DNA of 51,790 nt, filler included, from Calcarisporiella thermophila CBS 279.70 (lineage: Eukaryota; Fungi; Calcarisporiellomycota), in the NCBI RefSeq assembly GCF_041956535.1. It is 3 parts of 3 records of this genome, joined end to end, with 100 filler letters (N's around TTAATTAATTAA, not from the genome) between each part and the next. Parts side by side here need not be neighbours in the genome. Positions count along the whole stretch, not along the records: positions 1 to 29,996 come from NW_027192193.1; positions 30,097 to 40,933 come from NW_027192240.1; 1 more part is not named here. One strand, 5' to 3'. Shown here in pieces: positions 17,999 to 30,473 of this stretch (positions are counted from its first letter, which is position 1; every line of letters starts with the position of its first letter). The position numbers and the translations under genes were made by a program. The notes beneath the pieces were generated by a model. The model had not been told where the DNA came from, searched no databases, and worked only from the letters and a program-made list of their open reading frames with translations.

Positions 17999-18681
17999 CT
18001 ATTCTTCCAACTCTTCGATTCCATCCGTCGCATGGCATTGGTATCCCTAAGAAAATCGCAAGGGAAGAATTAAGCACTCAATCCATCTTCACAATCGTCA
18101 ATTTTATTCTCATTACCTTGGGCTCTATAGAAGCAACGCAACTAAAGAATTGAATCGGACCTAGTCCTTTCTTATTTGGCGGATTCCACTTGAGTGTCAA
18201 TTGTGGTCCGATTGGCTCATCGGTCGTTGTCACTAGTGCGGCACCATTATTCTCACCTTGACATCCATCCACAGTGGCAAATCCATCTCCAGGAACTTCC
18301 CAAACCCCAACATGCTCAAGAGTGAGGGTAGTTGCGATGATAACGAGATGATTGAACTGACGCTTGCCCCCATCGATAATAATGGGGACTGCTGGGCCTC
18401 CTGGTTGCCACTTATTGTAAGGGAGTGTTACACTCCACGTAACTCCAAGATCCATCTGAGCACCAAAATATTTCTTCGCATCCATAGTTGTTACATCTAA
18501 ATTCAATATAATAATAAGAAACCGAATCACAGTGAGCCAAAAATCTTACATTCTAAGTTCTATTCCTACCTGCATTACAAGTGTCTGCCATATTCAGTCG
18601 ATTTGTGCCAATAGTGGTATTAAGAAGAGGAGCAGCAAAACATAGCTGGAAGCAAAATACCAGTAAAATGTATTTTAACAT
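17999..18681 (-). CDS. Small secreted Reeler-domain-like protein, 3 exons
   Basis: Signal peptide MLKYILLVFCFQLCFA. Introns 18569-18497 and 18116-18047 keep the frame. The pattern VGVW..FATVDGC..ALVT..LTLKWNPP..GPIQF resembles the Reeler consensus (by eye). Confidence 0.7.
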
Positions 18682-20014
18682 TGTGGAATGATGTGCTAAG
18701 GATAGTAAGGCAATAACCAAAACTGAGTATTGAGAGCCTTCTCTTATATTACTGTCGAGCTGTCTAACCTAAAAATATACACAATCCGTGTAACACAGCC
18801 GTGTCCTATCATTGCTTTTGCCAAGCAGGTTGGTGGCTTGTCCTCCTGCCTTATTCTATTTTTATTTTGAAAAGTGACACCAGCTGGGCCCTATTCCTCT
18901 AAATAACCCCGTTATTTACCAACAGTTTTAAGTATGGAATTAAGTCACTCTGGATTTGTGATCCGAGAACAGAAGGAGTCGGCTAGTAGAGAGCTATCTG
19001 CGCAATATGTCACTGGTCCTCCATGGATTCATTAAAATTAAAAATAGATAATTAAAGAGCCGAAGCTTCGGGTTTGTTGTCGCCCGGTTTCTCAGATATC
19101 CGAGCCTCTTTTTCCTTAATATATTATTCCAGGTCGATCGGGCTTGGATACAAACTCGGTATAAATCAAAAATAGCTTCCTCCCTCCCTTTTTCGGTGAA
19201 GAGTTGATGTCATGAAGCTGTTTTTAGAGTTGTCCGGTTTATAATAGCTTCTAACCTATTCTTGTCCTGAGATAAAACTACTGTAGTAAATGCTATAGAG
19301 CACAGGGTAATGTGGGAACACTTCTCATACTACTATTGATGTTCTTCCTCCGACCAGCAGAGAACTTCAGATGTGAATAATTTACCTATCGGTCCGCCAA
19401 TATCGAAATGTATACCTCTCGTTATCATGACATTCTAACGAAGATGCTGATTGTATCTATTCAACACAGCCGAATTCTGTTTACAAATTGTATTGATTAA
19501 AGTCAACTGAAAACCACTATATCAACATGTCTCTCCTTAAGCAAGTATAATAGGCCTTCCCCCTTTCTCTTCTCTAGTTGTCTGTTACGTACCACAATTC
19601 TTTTTCTACGCTATATGTCATGGAAGATGGAGAGTTGTCTCTATGAGGCGTATCGTATTTTACAACGGGCTAAAAATTTTAACGGATTTAAGCCATACTT
19701 TATACTAAGGTCTTCTAGACAAATGAAGTCCGGCTTATTGCCATAATCCAAGTATTGCATCGGAACACTCAAAATTTTGAAGCTTTCCCAGTCCCTCTCA
19801 AAATGGAATCCAAGAACCTAGGCATTTTTACTGGTTAAAATATATTGCCAAATATACTAAAGGATATTATATTAAAATTTTAAGTGCAATGTTCTCAGTG
19901 CTAATGAAAATGCTTGGCTTCTGCGGAATGCATTAAAAATAAAGAGAGAGATAACAAATTAATAGAAAATAAGAGCACCAAACGAAAATAGAGCTATAAG
20001 AATGGTGTTTCTTT

Positions 20015-20950
20015 CTAAAAAGTCTCCTCCTCATCTTGTTCACCTTCAACCGGAGGCTCAAAACCCTCCTCTGTGTTATAAAGGATAGCTTGAATTTCGG
20101 CAAGGGTTTGCGAGGAAGGATCCGCCTCGAGCTGCTGCTGCACAATAACCTCGATCTGACGTAATTTTCCAAAATAGAAGTCGCGCTCGTTCTCGAGGCT
20201 CTCCGAAGTGAGCTTTAAATCATCGAGCTGTGCGCTGAGCTCTTCTATCATTCGCATGGACTGTTGTGAGTCGGCCCTGGAGCCTGGCGCAGAAGTTCTT
20301 CCAGCGGCCGTTACAAGCCCACGGCTAGCTTGACGCGTGGCTATAAAATTATAATAGCTGTGACATTTAGAGAAGATATTTTTTATAGTAAACCAAGTAT
20401 CGAGCACATACCACCGGCGCCATTCCGAGACGTGGGTCGACCTGCCACAGGTTTCACATCTTGAACTCCTTGTCCTTTTCTTCTTGCGAACGCGTCGTAC
20501 TCTCCACCAGGATAGAATTGATCCCAATATCGCTTGATCCATTGAAGAAATTCAAGATTATCTTGCATCTTGCATTTCACGAGACGGTCTATTGGAATAG
20601 GCTAGATATATCTATTAGATGTTGTGATTGCATCCCATTAGATGAATAATACCTTATCTATCTTATGCTTGTCAAATGCGCGCTGCAATACTTTGAAATT
20701 GTCCAGAAATTCGTATTCATGTTTAGTCGTGAATTTGATCTTGTTCATGGGAAGGTCACCGTAGATGGAATCGATGATCTGGCAGTAGGCGGCACCTATA
20801 TAGAAACACATTTTTACGCGTCATCAGTGGTGATCGAAAAAGCAATTTGGTTTGGGCAGTATTACCGGTTCCGCATTGTTCAATCTTTGAATAATTCAGT
20901 TGGAGTAGATTGTTTAGCCATTGCAATAGTTCTGTTCGCGATTCCCCCAT
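20015..20950 (-). CDS. BIM1: Microtubule plus-end binding protein EB1/Bim1/Mal3, multi-exon
   Basis: MGESRTELLQWLNNLLQLNYSKIEQCGTG; KCKMQDNLEFLQWIKRYWD (CH domain); LENERDFYFGKLRQIE...ILYNTEEGF (EBH); C-terminal EEETF. Confidence 0.95.
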
Positions 20951-21368
20951 GGTAGATGATTAAAAAAGTTCTTTCTGGTATTTTTTTGTGCGCCCCTAGT
21001 GAGACTGTCGAGAGTGTGGAATTCAAATCCAAATTTTTCAGCTGCACGGAGCTGTATCTCTCGTAATCCGACTAATTTAACAGCTGGGTTTTTGCCTCTG
21101 TTTCATATTTTTCTTTGCTTCCTCTTCTTTCATCGTTCCTTTCTTTTTCGATTTCGCTCTGGAAGTCATCGGAAAGAGTAAAGACAAAGAAAGAAAAGGG
21201 CTAAGAAAAGAAAGCAGGCAAAAGAAAAACCATCTCATTCCTATATTTTACGATTAATGACGCGCTCTGCACACTCCCAATATTGAAGGAGACCCGAGCC
21301 GCAATATATATACATATCATTGTTTAGAGCTAGGCAAACTCTTCTTTTCCCCTTCTTTCTTCCCGCCT

Positions 21369-22790
21369 ATGTCTACTTCATTGCTCCCTGATAATGAGCT
21401 AAATTCTGCCGAGAAGCCACAGCCGCAAGCTAACGAAAATGTTCAGGCAATATTCGACTCTCCTGTTACCGAACGCCAGGCCATTTCTCCTCTGCCCCCA
21501 CCACCCTATTCACCGGTTCCCGAGGCAGGGGATCGCCTGGTATTGGAAATAAATGGAACTGAAAAAATCAATCATTTGGAGGATATGGTCTCCTCGATGC
21601 GCACTGTGCTAACAGACCAAGCGTGTGCAATGAACGAGCTAAATTCTCAGTTATCAGAGTAAGCCATTATTTTAGTTGTTTGATATTGCTGAGCATAGTT
21701 ATTAAGATGTTATTTCATTTAAAGTATCCATTCCTTACTGTCCAAACTTGAATTTTGCCGTGATCATAAGCGGGAAAATTTTCAAAGTTCAGGAGATACG
21801 TGTTGCTCAAAACTACATTCTCCCGTGTCAGCCCCACTAGCTTTCTCGTCCCTACTGCAGCACGACAAAAGCGAACAGGATTCGTTATTAGCGGGAAACG
21901 ATAATGAGTCATCTGACGATGAAGTCTACTCGAGGATTTGCAACCAATTAGATTCACTCATCTTAGATGCTCACAAATCCCTTCAAGAAGGTCCATCATC
22001 TTTTTCTCACGATGATGTTACTCCGGTGGATTGGAGAGGAGGCTCATCAAGTGACTTTCGCGTTCTGCGTGAGAATCACTGTGCCCTCGTTAACTCGATT
22101 CGACGCGTGGATTCGAGTCTGCGTACAGTGGATCGCTTGACTCGAGAATTAACCATTCCCGGCGCAGAGGATGAATCACTATTGTCAGCTCCCTGTGAGG
22201 ACAAAGGAGAGACAGTAAATGCTAAACGAGTAGTTCGCGCACGTCGAAGAGTGGAGTTTCGCCGTATACCTCCCGCCTCCCCTCAGCCACACTATCAGCG
22301 GACACAAAGGCCAGCATTCGTGGAGTCGAGGGAGCAGCAGCACACTGGGTGGCTGTTTGTTAGTCTAGTTTGTTGGACACTTGTGCTTACGTTGAGCGGG
22401 CTACTATTTAACTCGTGGCAAGTGGAGTTGGTACGGGAGCGAATTATGCGCTTGGTGCTACAGGCTGCTTCGGCAAGTGGAAAGCAGTTGACGGTGACGG
22501 CTCGAGGGGAGAGGAAGTTATTGAGAGCGGCAGATGCCACTGATGCAGACGAATGGGTGGATATTTCTAAACCCATGGAGGCCGCAAACGTGCATTTAGC
22601 CCAGGTGCGGAATTTGCGAAGGCCCCTCCTAAAACATAGATCGATTCCCCGCCTTCGGCGCCAGCTGTTACTTATGTCTGCGGGAACCACGCCAAAAATG
22701 AATACCTCAGGGAGAGAGCGCTACCGTGGTGCCAATGCGCCAGATAATTCCCCTTCTACTATGGCGAAGAGAAGAAGACTCTCAATATAG
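21369..22790 (+). CDS. Hypothetical coiled-coil protein with one predicted TM helix, 2 exons
   Basis: Intron 21659-21724 joins the 21369 and 21825 ORFs in frame. Hydrophobic WLFVSLVCWTLVLTLSGLLF. Divergent from EB1. Confidence 0.7.
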
Positions 22791-23280
22791 CGCTATGAAT
22801 TATTCTCTTGTATTATGCTCGCTTTAAAATCTAGTTACTACCGCTTTTAACTGTACATTTTCCCCCCTTTTCGTCCTAATACCACCCTACAATTATCTGC
22901 TGCACTTTCTTTCCCGTTGATATTGAGATTGAATGTCTTCGTTTCAATACGCTTGGTTATTTTCTTTTGACTGACTTTTTTGTTAACTGTTGCCCAGTGT
23001 TTTTATGGCTATAAACGTAATAGTCAAGATAATAGAATAAACGAGATTGAATCCAAAACACAGGGGCTACACAGATTCTGAAATCGTTTTTTTTTTTTGC
23101 CGCCAAATTTATCAATTTTGCCTTTTATTAATTGATTTTAAATTTTTCTCGCGGCCACACTAGTTTCTTCTTTCTTCACGCACAAAGCGGCATTAACCAT
23201 TTTTCAAGTTCACTCATAGTCTTTTATACTAATCTGCTTTAGCTTGTATTATTTTATGTTAATTGAAGTAACATCCAAAA

Positions 23281-26200
23281 ATGACAGACATTCATTCTCA
23301 TACTTTACCTGTCCATAGTCCCAAAACGGCAGCGACCGGGGTTAATGACATGACCGCCTCCGAATCCATTGGCCCCAATAACACCTCCAAACTCGAATTG
23401 CAGCAACAGGAAGCGAAACAGCAACCAGGGATAATGCGGGACGCCAACTCCACGGTGGCGCTGGAGGGAAATGAGTCCGAGGAAGACGAGCTGAGCCTAA
23501 ATCACCAACGGGGCAATGGGCTGAACTCAGGATTGACAGCTTCTGCTGCAGGCGATGTCGGGACAAAAAACGAATTTGCCAACCGTCGTAGCGGAAAAGT
23601 GTTTAGCGAGGGCCAATATGTACCCCCTCCTCTTGACGCCGACAAATCAGTGGCATTAGAATCGCTTCAGGGAATTATATCCACTCTGCGCACAATTCCG
23701 CCTCAGCCCGACGGAAAGAAAGCAAACGCGCAACAGCAGCGAGTAGAGATCGGTGATGGAAGAATTGATGCTGCTCTTGGTTCCGAATCCTCAGAACACG
23801 CGCCTCCTACAACGAATAAGGGAAGAGGAAAAAGAAGAAGTGGACTGCAGGAAGGCGTGAGCTTTAAAAACCTAAATGCAGAAGAGGACAGCGATCAGCA
23901 ATCCAGACACCAAGCAATTGCAGAGACGGAAGCAAAATTAGTGGGGTCATACGCCTCTCCCTCGTCTTCTTCCCATGTGAACGAGGATGGAGGAAGCTCC
24001 TCTCAACGGAGAAGATCCTCTTCACAAGGATTAAATGCAAATTATATTTACGGTTCCCAACAATCTCAACAATCTAGACGACGCTCAGCGAACATATACT
24101 CGGAGAGAAAAACCATGGCGCCTCATGCACAAGCGCAAGCATACAGCCAGGAAAGAGGAAGACCTCGAAGATACACTACATCAATGGCAGCGCCCCCTCC
24201 TCCTGCCCAACTTGGGGGCATGGGTGGGAGCAGACCCTCATCGCATTTACCACCTCTGGCAGAGATGGACGCTATATTGGGTGCAGCGAGGAAGAGGTAC
24301 ACTTGGCAATCGCCCGGGTCTTTGGGATACGAAGAAAACTGGAGAGCTAGTACAGGTAATGGGTCGCTTCGTTTATTTCATTCCGAATCACACATGGCCG
24401 TCCTAAGGATTATCTGATGTTTATATTCATCTTGTTTGACGCTCTTCTTATATTTGACTTGGCAATCTACTTAGGAGAACCTTATATGCCCCGCCTCTCT
24501 GTTTACGGATATCCTGACTATTATTCACTGCCGCTCTCTTCACAGCAGCCACTCCATTTCCAACTCCAGTCAGGTCAACCGCTACGTCGTCCTCTTTTCA
24601 TTGCCCATCTTCCTCAGTCTGCTGTGATTCCTCTCCTCAAGTCTAAACACCTCCTCCGCGGCACTTTGCACATCAATTACAGAAACCGCTCCGATGCATA
24701 CGTCACATCTCCCGATCTAGATGCAGATATCTATATCTGTGGATCACGTGACAGAAACCGGGCGCTAGAAGGAGATGTCGTGGCTGTCAGGCTGGTGGAC
24801 ACGGATAAAGTGTTACGAGAGAAGAGAGAAAAGGAGGAGGCCAAGTCGATCAAATATGGTGGCAGAGCAACTGGGGAGGTTCGAGTGAGGACCGAGGAAG
24901 ATGAACTGCCTGAGATATTGTGCACGGAAGTGTGTAATGTGGAAATGGAACGTCCGAGATATTGCGGAGTGGTTGTGGCGGTGCTCGAACGCTCACCGGG
25001 ACAAATGTTTTCTGGAACCTTGGGATTATCGAGGCCAAGCACGGTTAAAACTCGAGAGGAAAATGGTGGTGGTGGAGGAGGAGGAAAGGGCGAGGAGGAT
25101 GCAGATGAGGAGGATGAGAGAGGTTCCAGACCCAACGAAGAATACAGCGGCCGAGGCGGCAATAGACGTCAATCTTTTGGCGCGGGAAAAGAAAACGAAC
25201 GTCCAAGGATTGTATGGTTTAGGCCTTCAGATAAGCGAGTGCCACTTCTCGCTATACCTGTGGACCAGGCCCCGCCCGGATTTGTAGAAAATGCGGACGC
25301 ATTTGCCACGACTCTTTTCCTCGCCTCCATTAAGCGCTGGCCTATAACATCTCTTCATCCATTCGGATCCCTTGAGCGCGAATTGGGAAAGGTGGGCAAT
25401 CTCAGCGTTGAGTTGCGTGCTTTACTTGCAGATCACAACGTGGTCGACACGCCATTCAGTAACTCAGCATTGGCATGCATTCCCCTAAATGTCACCAACG
25501 CGCAGCAATGGCAAATCCCTGATGAAGAAGAAAAATACCGTCAGGATTTGCGTGAACTCTCCAGTTTCACTATCGCCGACGATGCTTCGCGCCAAACGCA
25601 AGCTTTCTCCGCCCGCTGGGTTGCTAACGGAAATCTCGAGGTTGGAATACACATAGTGGATGCCGCCTATTTTATTCGTCCGGGAAGCGCACTAGACAAG
25701 GAAATAAAATCAAGAGGAATCGAGATCACCCTTTATAATAAGAAAAGGATTCCGATGGTGCCACAACAATTGGCCAATGGTGTCCTCAACCTTGTACCCG
25801 GTGAAGATCGCCTCACAATGTCAGTACTCTGCACCTTAACTCCAGAGGGCGAAGTTATCGAAACTACAGCAGAGCAAAGTATAGTGCGCACTCGCACTCG
25901 ATTAACACTCGAACAGTGCCAGGGCGTGATTGATGGGGGAACACTGTTGGAGAATTGCCCGGAGAAGGAGGAGGTTGAGGATGGGGTTAGGAGAATATGG
26001 CAGGTATTGAAAAAGCAAAGAAGTGAAAGAATACGGCAGGGAGCGGCTCTCATTGAGCAGGAACGTGTTGAGTGCACGGTTGACGAGGGTGGGCGTGTGA
26101 TCAACTGTGAGGTGAAAGAGAAGCTAGACGCCGAGAGAATGCTTGAGGAGGTAGCCTGGATAGTTTTCTACAATAATATCCTCTAAACTCTAATCCTTTT

Positions 26201-27034
26201 TTCCTTCAATAGCTGATGTTGCTAGCAAACTTTTTCGTCGCGCAAAAAATTTCTTCACATCTTCCGGACCAAGCCCTTCTCATAAGTCAACCTCCTCCCT
26301 CTTCTCGAAAGCGAGACGAGTTCCTCAGCATTTGCCGTGAAATCGATTACGTCGATTTGCCTCTGTCTTTCGCGGACCACATGCTTACACCTAAGGACAT
26401 CATGAACATCCTCTCACAAGTGTCGCCTGAGCAGAAGCAGGGCATGTTGACCTTGGCTACTAAGCTCCTGGAACCTACACATTATTTCTGCACTGGTACA
26501 ACCGATATATCTAAATATCAATACTTTGCAAACAACCAGCCGCTCTACACACATGCAACCGACCCTGTGGGCCGCTATGCAGACTTGGTAGTACAAAGGC
26601 AACTAGAAGCTGCATTAGCCGATAAAAGCTTCACAGTTGACAGGGAAGGAATGTCCCGCGTTGCCGAAGTTTGTTCTGCTCGAGAACGTTCTATGCATGA
26701 AATGAGGGCTGCAACGCATCAGATACTCATCTGTCAGTTCTTACGAGACAGAAAGAGTCCAGTGAACTGCGAGGCAACAGTGCTTTCGTTTGATTCGGAC
26801 GCTGTCGAGGTCTTGGTCCCTCGATACGGTATAGAAAAGAGGCTCTATTTGGATCAAATGCCTTCAGTGGAACATACGAAAATCGGTGGGGGTGAACTTA
26901 AAATCTGGTGGCGGGGAGAAGAAGAGCACCCTCAGGTGCTGAGGATACTAGGAAAAGTCAAGGTTAAGCTATTCGCAGTTGTGGGGAAATATCCGCCGGT
27001 AGTCAAAGTGGAACTCTTGAATCCGAGAGTCTAA
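23281..27034 (+). CDS. SSD1: Ssd1/Dis3L2-family RNB protein, probable pseudonuclease, 3 exons
   Basis: DIYICGSRDRNRALEGDVVAV, IVWFRPSDKRVPL, SIKRWPITSLHPFG, YTHATDPVGRYADLVVQRQL. Introns about 24356-24474 and 26151-26212. The catalytic loop reads FTIADDASRQTQAFS. Confidence 0.88.
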
Positions 27035-28366
27035 AGATCTTGCATATGTATATAATGTTAAGTATAAATATGTGTATATATGGCCGTAAATGAACAGGTA
27101 CCGAATTGTATACAGTTGCAGCTCCATTAAGATGTATATAAAAACTCCCTTTTTCAGTTGTTTTATATAGTATAGTCCATTATTTTTTATTTGAATTTGT
27201 TAGTATCAAAGAAATGAATTTTATTTATTTTGTAATGCTCTTAATACATAGGACATAAGAATTTTATTTAAAACGATTAAACAAATTTGACTAGCTAAAG
27301 TAAGAGTAGTGAGCAAAGGTTGCTTGCAGAGGAAGTACTACTCTAAATCGTTTGGATGCGAGGGGAATAGCATTGGCCCTTATACGTACTTGTGTCAGCC
27401 AAATTTAATCTACTGTGGGTGGTGGTTCTGCGGCCCCTATAACATTGAGATTTTGGATTTATAACTTTTTACTCATATGAATGATAAACTGAAGCCACAG
27501 CGTAAGCATTGATGACGTTGTTCACAATCATCTTCCGCGGAAACTGTGTCGTTGATGTAGTTCCAAATTCTAAAGGCAAGCCCCGAGGGTGGCGTTCAAA
27601 TTCGAGCAAAAGCATAATCCTGGCGAGATTGTGCAAGTGTTATAGAATACGGATTGGGTTCGTGTAAATAGGGGAGCTAGACGCCAAGCGGATGAAAGAT
27701 CAAGTACAAGTGGAGAATGCATTCGTTATGCAGAGATGCTTTGAAATGTAACATGCAGTGTGACATACGAGTTTATAGCATAAATTCATGTATATCCTCG
27801 CGGATTTTCGATGCATGATGTGCATGTATTAATGCATGGCCACCCAAGCCGCACTGGGTGGCAACTGCATCCGTTAGGAATGCATCTAATATAATGATCT
27901 GCGTCTCCTCTTATTTAAATTATGCAGGCAAACTGTGTAATCATCTGCCACAAAAATCAAATGATTGATTTCTACTTGTCACTCAGCAATTGCCTGTCCC
28001 AATATAGACGTAGAATATTGATCGAAAAATAAAAACTAATTTCAATACATACGTTTTATTGAAAACAAAAGAAATGAAAGAAGGATGAAAAAAAAAAGAG
28101 AGGGGCGAGGGAATATGTTCAGAAAATTATATTAGCGAGATGAGAATAATATTAATATAAAGATGATCGAGAAAAAAATATGAAAATATAGGACGGAGAA
28201 GGAGGTGTAGTCATAGTAATAACATTAGGTATAAAGAAAATCTCACACTATTCACACGAAACTCAACGAGAAAGGGCAAGATAACAAGCACAAAAAATTA
28301 AGGGGAATAATATCATCCAATGCAAAGGATACCAAAATGATATGTTTTAATTGAGGAATAAGCGTG

Positions 28367-29571
28367 CTATAGGCGCTTACCAGGTATTGCAAAGAAGAGG
28401 AGTGTAAGTAGGAGAGCTGGCAACGCGGATATCAGCCACCATCGCCGTGCACGTTTAGAGAGCAAGCGCTCGGCGCTTGGGTCTTGGATACGAACGAAAT
28501 GGAAGAGTTGGGTCTCACTAATGATCAAATATGATTAATGACAAATCCATAAAGCCCTTTTCAAAGATATTCACCTCAATCTCAAAATGATCACGGTAAG
28601 TGGGCATAGCTCAGTGTAACTTGCGGCGATATTGTATGTTCCGATCCAAAAGGGAATTAGGCACTATAGGAAAACAAGGCCGTGTTAATGATTAGCAGAG
28701 CTGGAACTGTAAGGGGCTCAGTTACCCAAAATCGAGTAGTTCTTGGATGGATATCCAGAAATATCAGTGAAAATTCCACAGTGAAAGCGCAAAACAGTGC
28801 AAATAGGCCAACACCCCCTCGAATCAGTGCATGTAAAGGTGTCAAGTTCGAACGAGTTTGCCTCGCTATGAACCTAGGATAGCCATCCCTTTCCAAGTGA
28901 TCATACACCTTTCGCTTAATTTCCTGAAAGGAAGCCTCGATATCTTCGAGATCTGCATTCTGAATGCGTTCATAGGCCAGATGGCGCATCCACCCTGGAA
29001 GGAAAGAAAGATTGCACTCTGCGTGAGGAGCCAGGTAAAGCTGATATAAACGTTCAGCGCATCCACGTATCTGCTTTGAGGTAAGCATTCCAGTAGGGCT
29101 GAGAAAATTATAGAGGGATTCAACGGTGGAGGGTTTTCTTTCCATCACCCGCCATAAGCCATAATCGTCATCTTCCACTCCCTCCTCTTCTAGCTGTGGA
29201 GTATGCAGTGTCAGAGGTTGTGTGTCCATTGAGACGCCCAAGCCAAATATATCTTCTGCTCCGACACTCAGATTTGTTGTCGAATTGTAGGATGGACGCT
29301 TCTTTCGGAACATTCGAAAAATTTGTTCCAGCTCGCGGATGTGAAGCAAAAACATTAATTCGTGCGCGTGATTATCAGCATGATAGTGTTGCAAAAATAA
29401 GCGGAAACTATAGAGGCAAAGTGGGGTGCGTGTGCGCCGTAGTAAAACATCGTGCAATGTGGGTAAACCATTAGGATCATAGAGATTATATTGCCGATAA
29501 GGCTCATCAATGATTATGTTGATTGAGGGGTGGCCCTTTTCCAATATGGTGTTGCTCCATTGTTGGCTCAT
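28367..29571 (-). CDS. RAX1: Rax1-like RGS-domain membrane protein, 3 exons
   Basis: GLPTLHDVLLRRTRTPLCLYSF, YPRFI..NLT, TM helices. Introns 28725-28664 and 28574-28518 give the C-terminus LFFAIPGKRL*. Confidence 0.8.
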
Positions 29572-29996
29572 TATTCAAGAAAAGTGCAAAAGCAGTGCTA
29601 TTGCTCTCGCTCTTGCTCGTGCTGTTGAAAAAAATTGAAAAAAATTGAAAAAAATTGACAGAGTGCTGATTGCAGATATGGTATTGTAATAAAAAAAGAA
29701 AATAGTAGAGGCGAAAGTTACAACTTCATTCTATGTAATCATCCAACTCCTCACCAATTCATGAAAATATGAAACATCATAATCGAATAATGACAGCTAA
29801 AGAGAGTGTTAAATTATTAGGGTATATTTTGATGCTAGATTATGGGAATAGAAGGATATTTAATTATAAAAAAAAAGAAAGTCGATAAGTGAAATATGAG
29901 AAGTTGAAGGAGGAAAAATGCGAAGAATTTTGTTTCGTTTTTCAGTGTGCAACCTCGCGCGTCAACCAATTTTTCAAAGTCCGGTCAAGTTGGGAG

Positions 29997-30096
29997 NNNN
30001 NNNNNNNNNNNNNNNNNNNNNNNNNNNNNNNNNNNNNNNNTTAATTAATTAANNNNNNNNNNNNNNNNNNNNNNNNNNNNNNNNNNNNNNNNNNNN
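29997..30096. other. Assembly spacer N44-TTAATTAATTAA-N44
   Basis: 100 bp spacer with a six-frame stop linker, identical in layout to 40934-41033. Confidence 0.95.
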
Positions 30097-30473
30097 CATA
30101 TATACGTACATTTGAGATTGTAATAAATTAATAAGGAGTTAAATCTTTCTCTCCAACTAAAAACCCCCGTCACAATATTCGAATAAAAGCTAAGCCCCAA
30201 AATTGATGGCTTGGTTTGATCCCAAATTAGGGTTTTTGCCAGCGGAGCTTAAAACTAGTTTATTAGGCGCTTGATTAACCTTGGAAAACAAGTACATACT
30301 ACTTGAATATTTCGGCCAATCAAATTCCATAATCCAAATTTCCTTATATATTTATTGTCTGATTCATTCTGGAATCTCTTTTTTCATGGGAAAATTTTAT
30401 ATACGTCATACATAATCTTTGCACACATGCCTCTCTCATTTTCTCAATTAAAATAATTGTTTTAATTTCAGTA

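Noticed and set aside
29997-30096. TTAATTAATTAA palindrome as a biological site
   Set aside because: It is centred in a 100 bp N spacer and repeated at 40978, so it is an assembly linker. Adjacency across these gaps is unproven.
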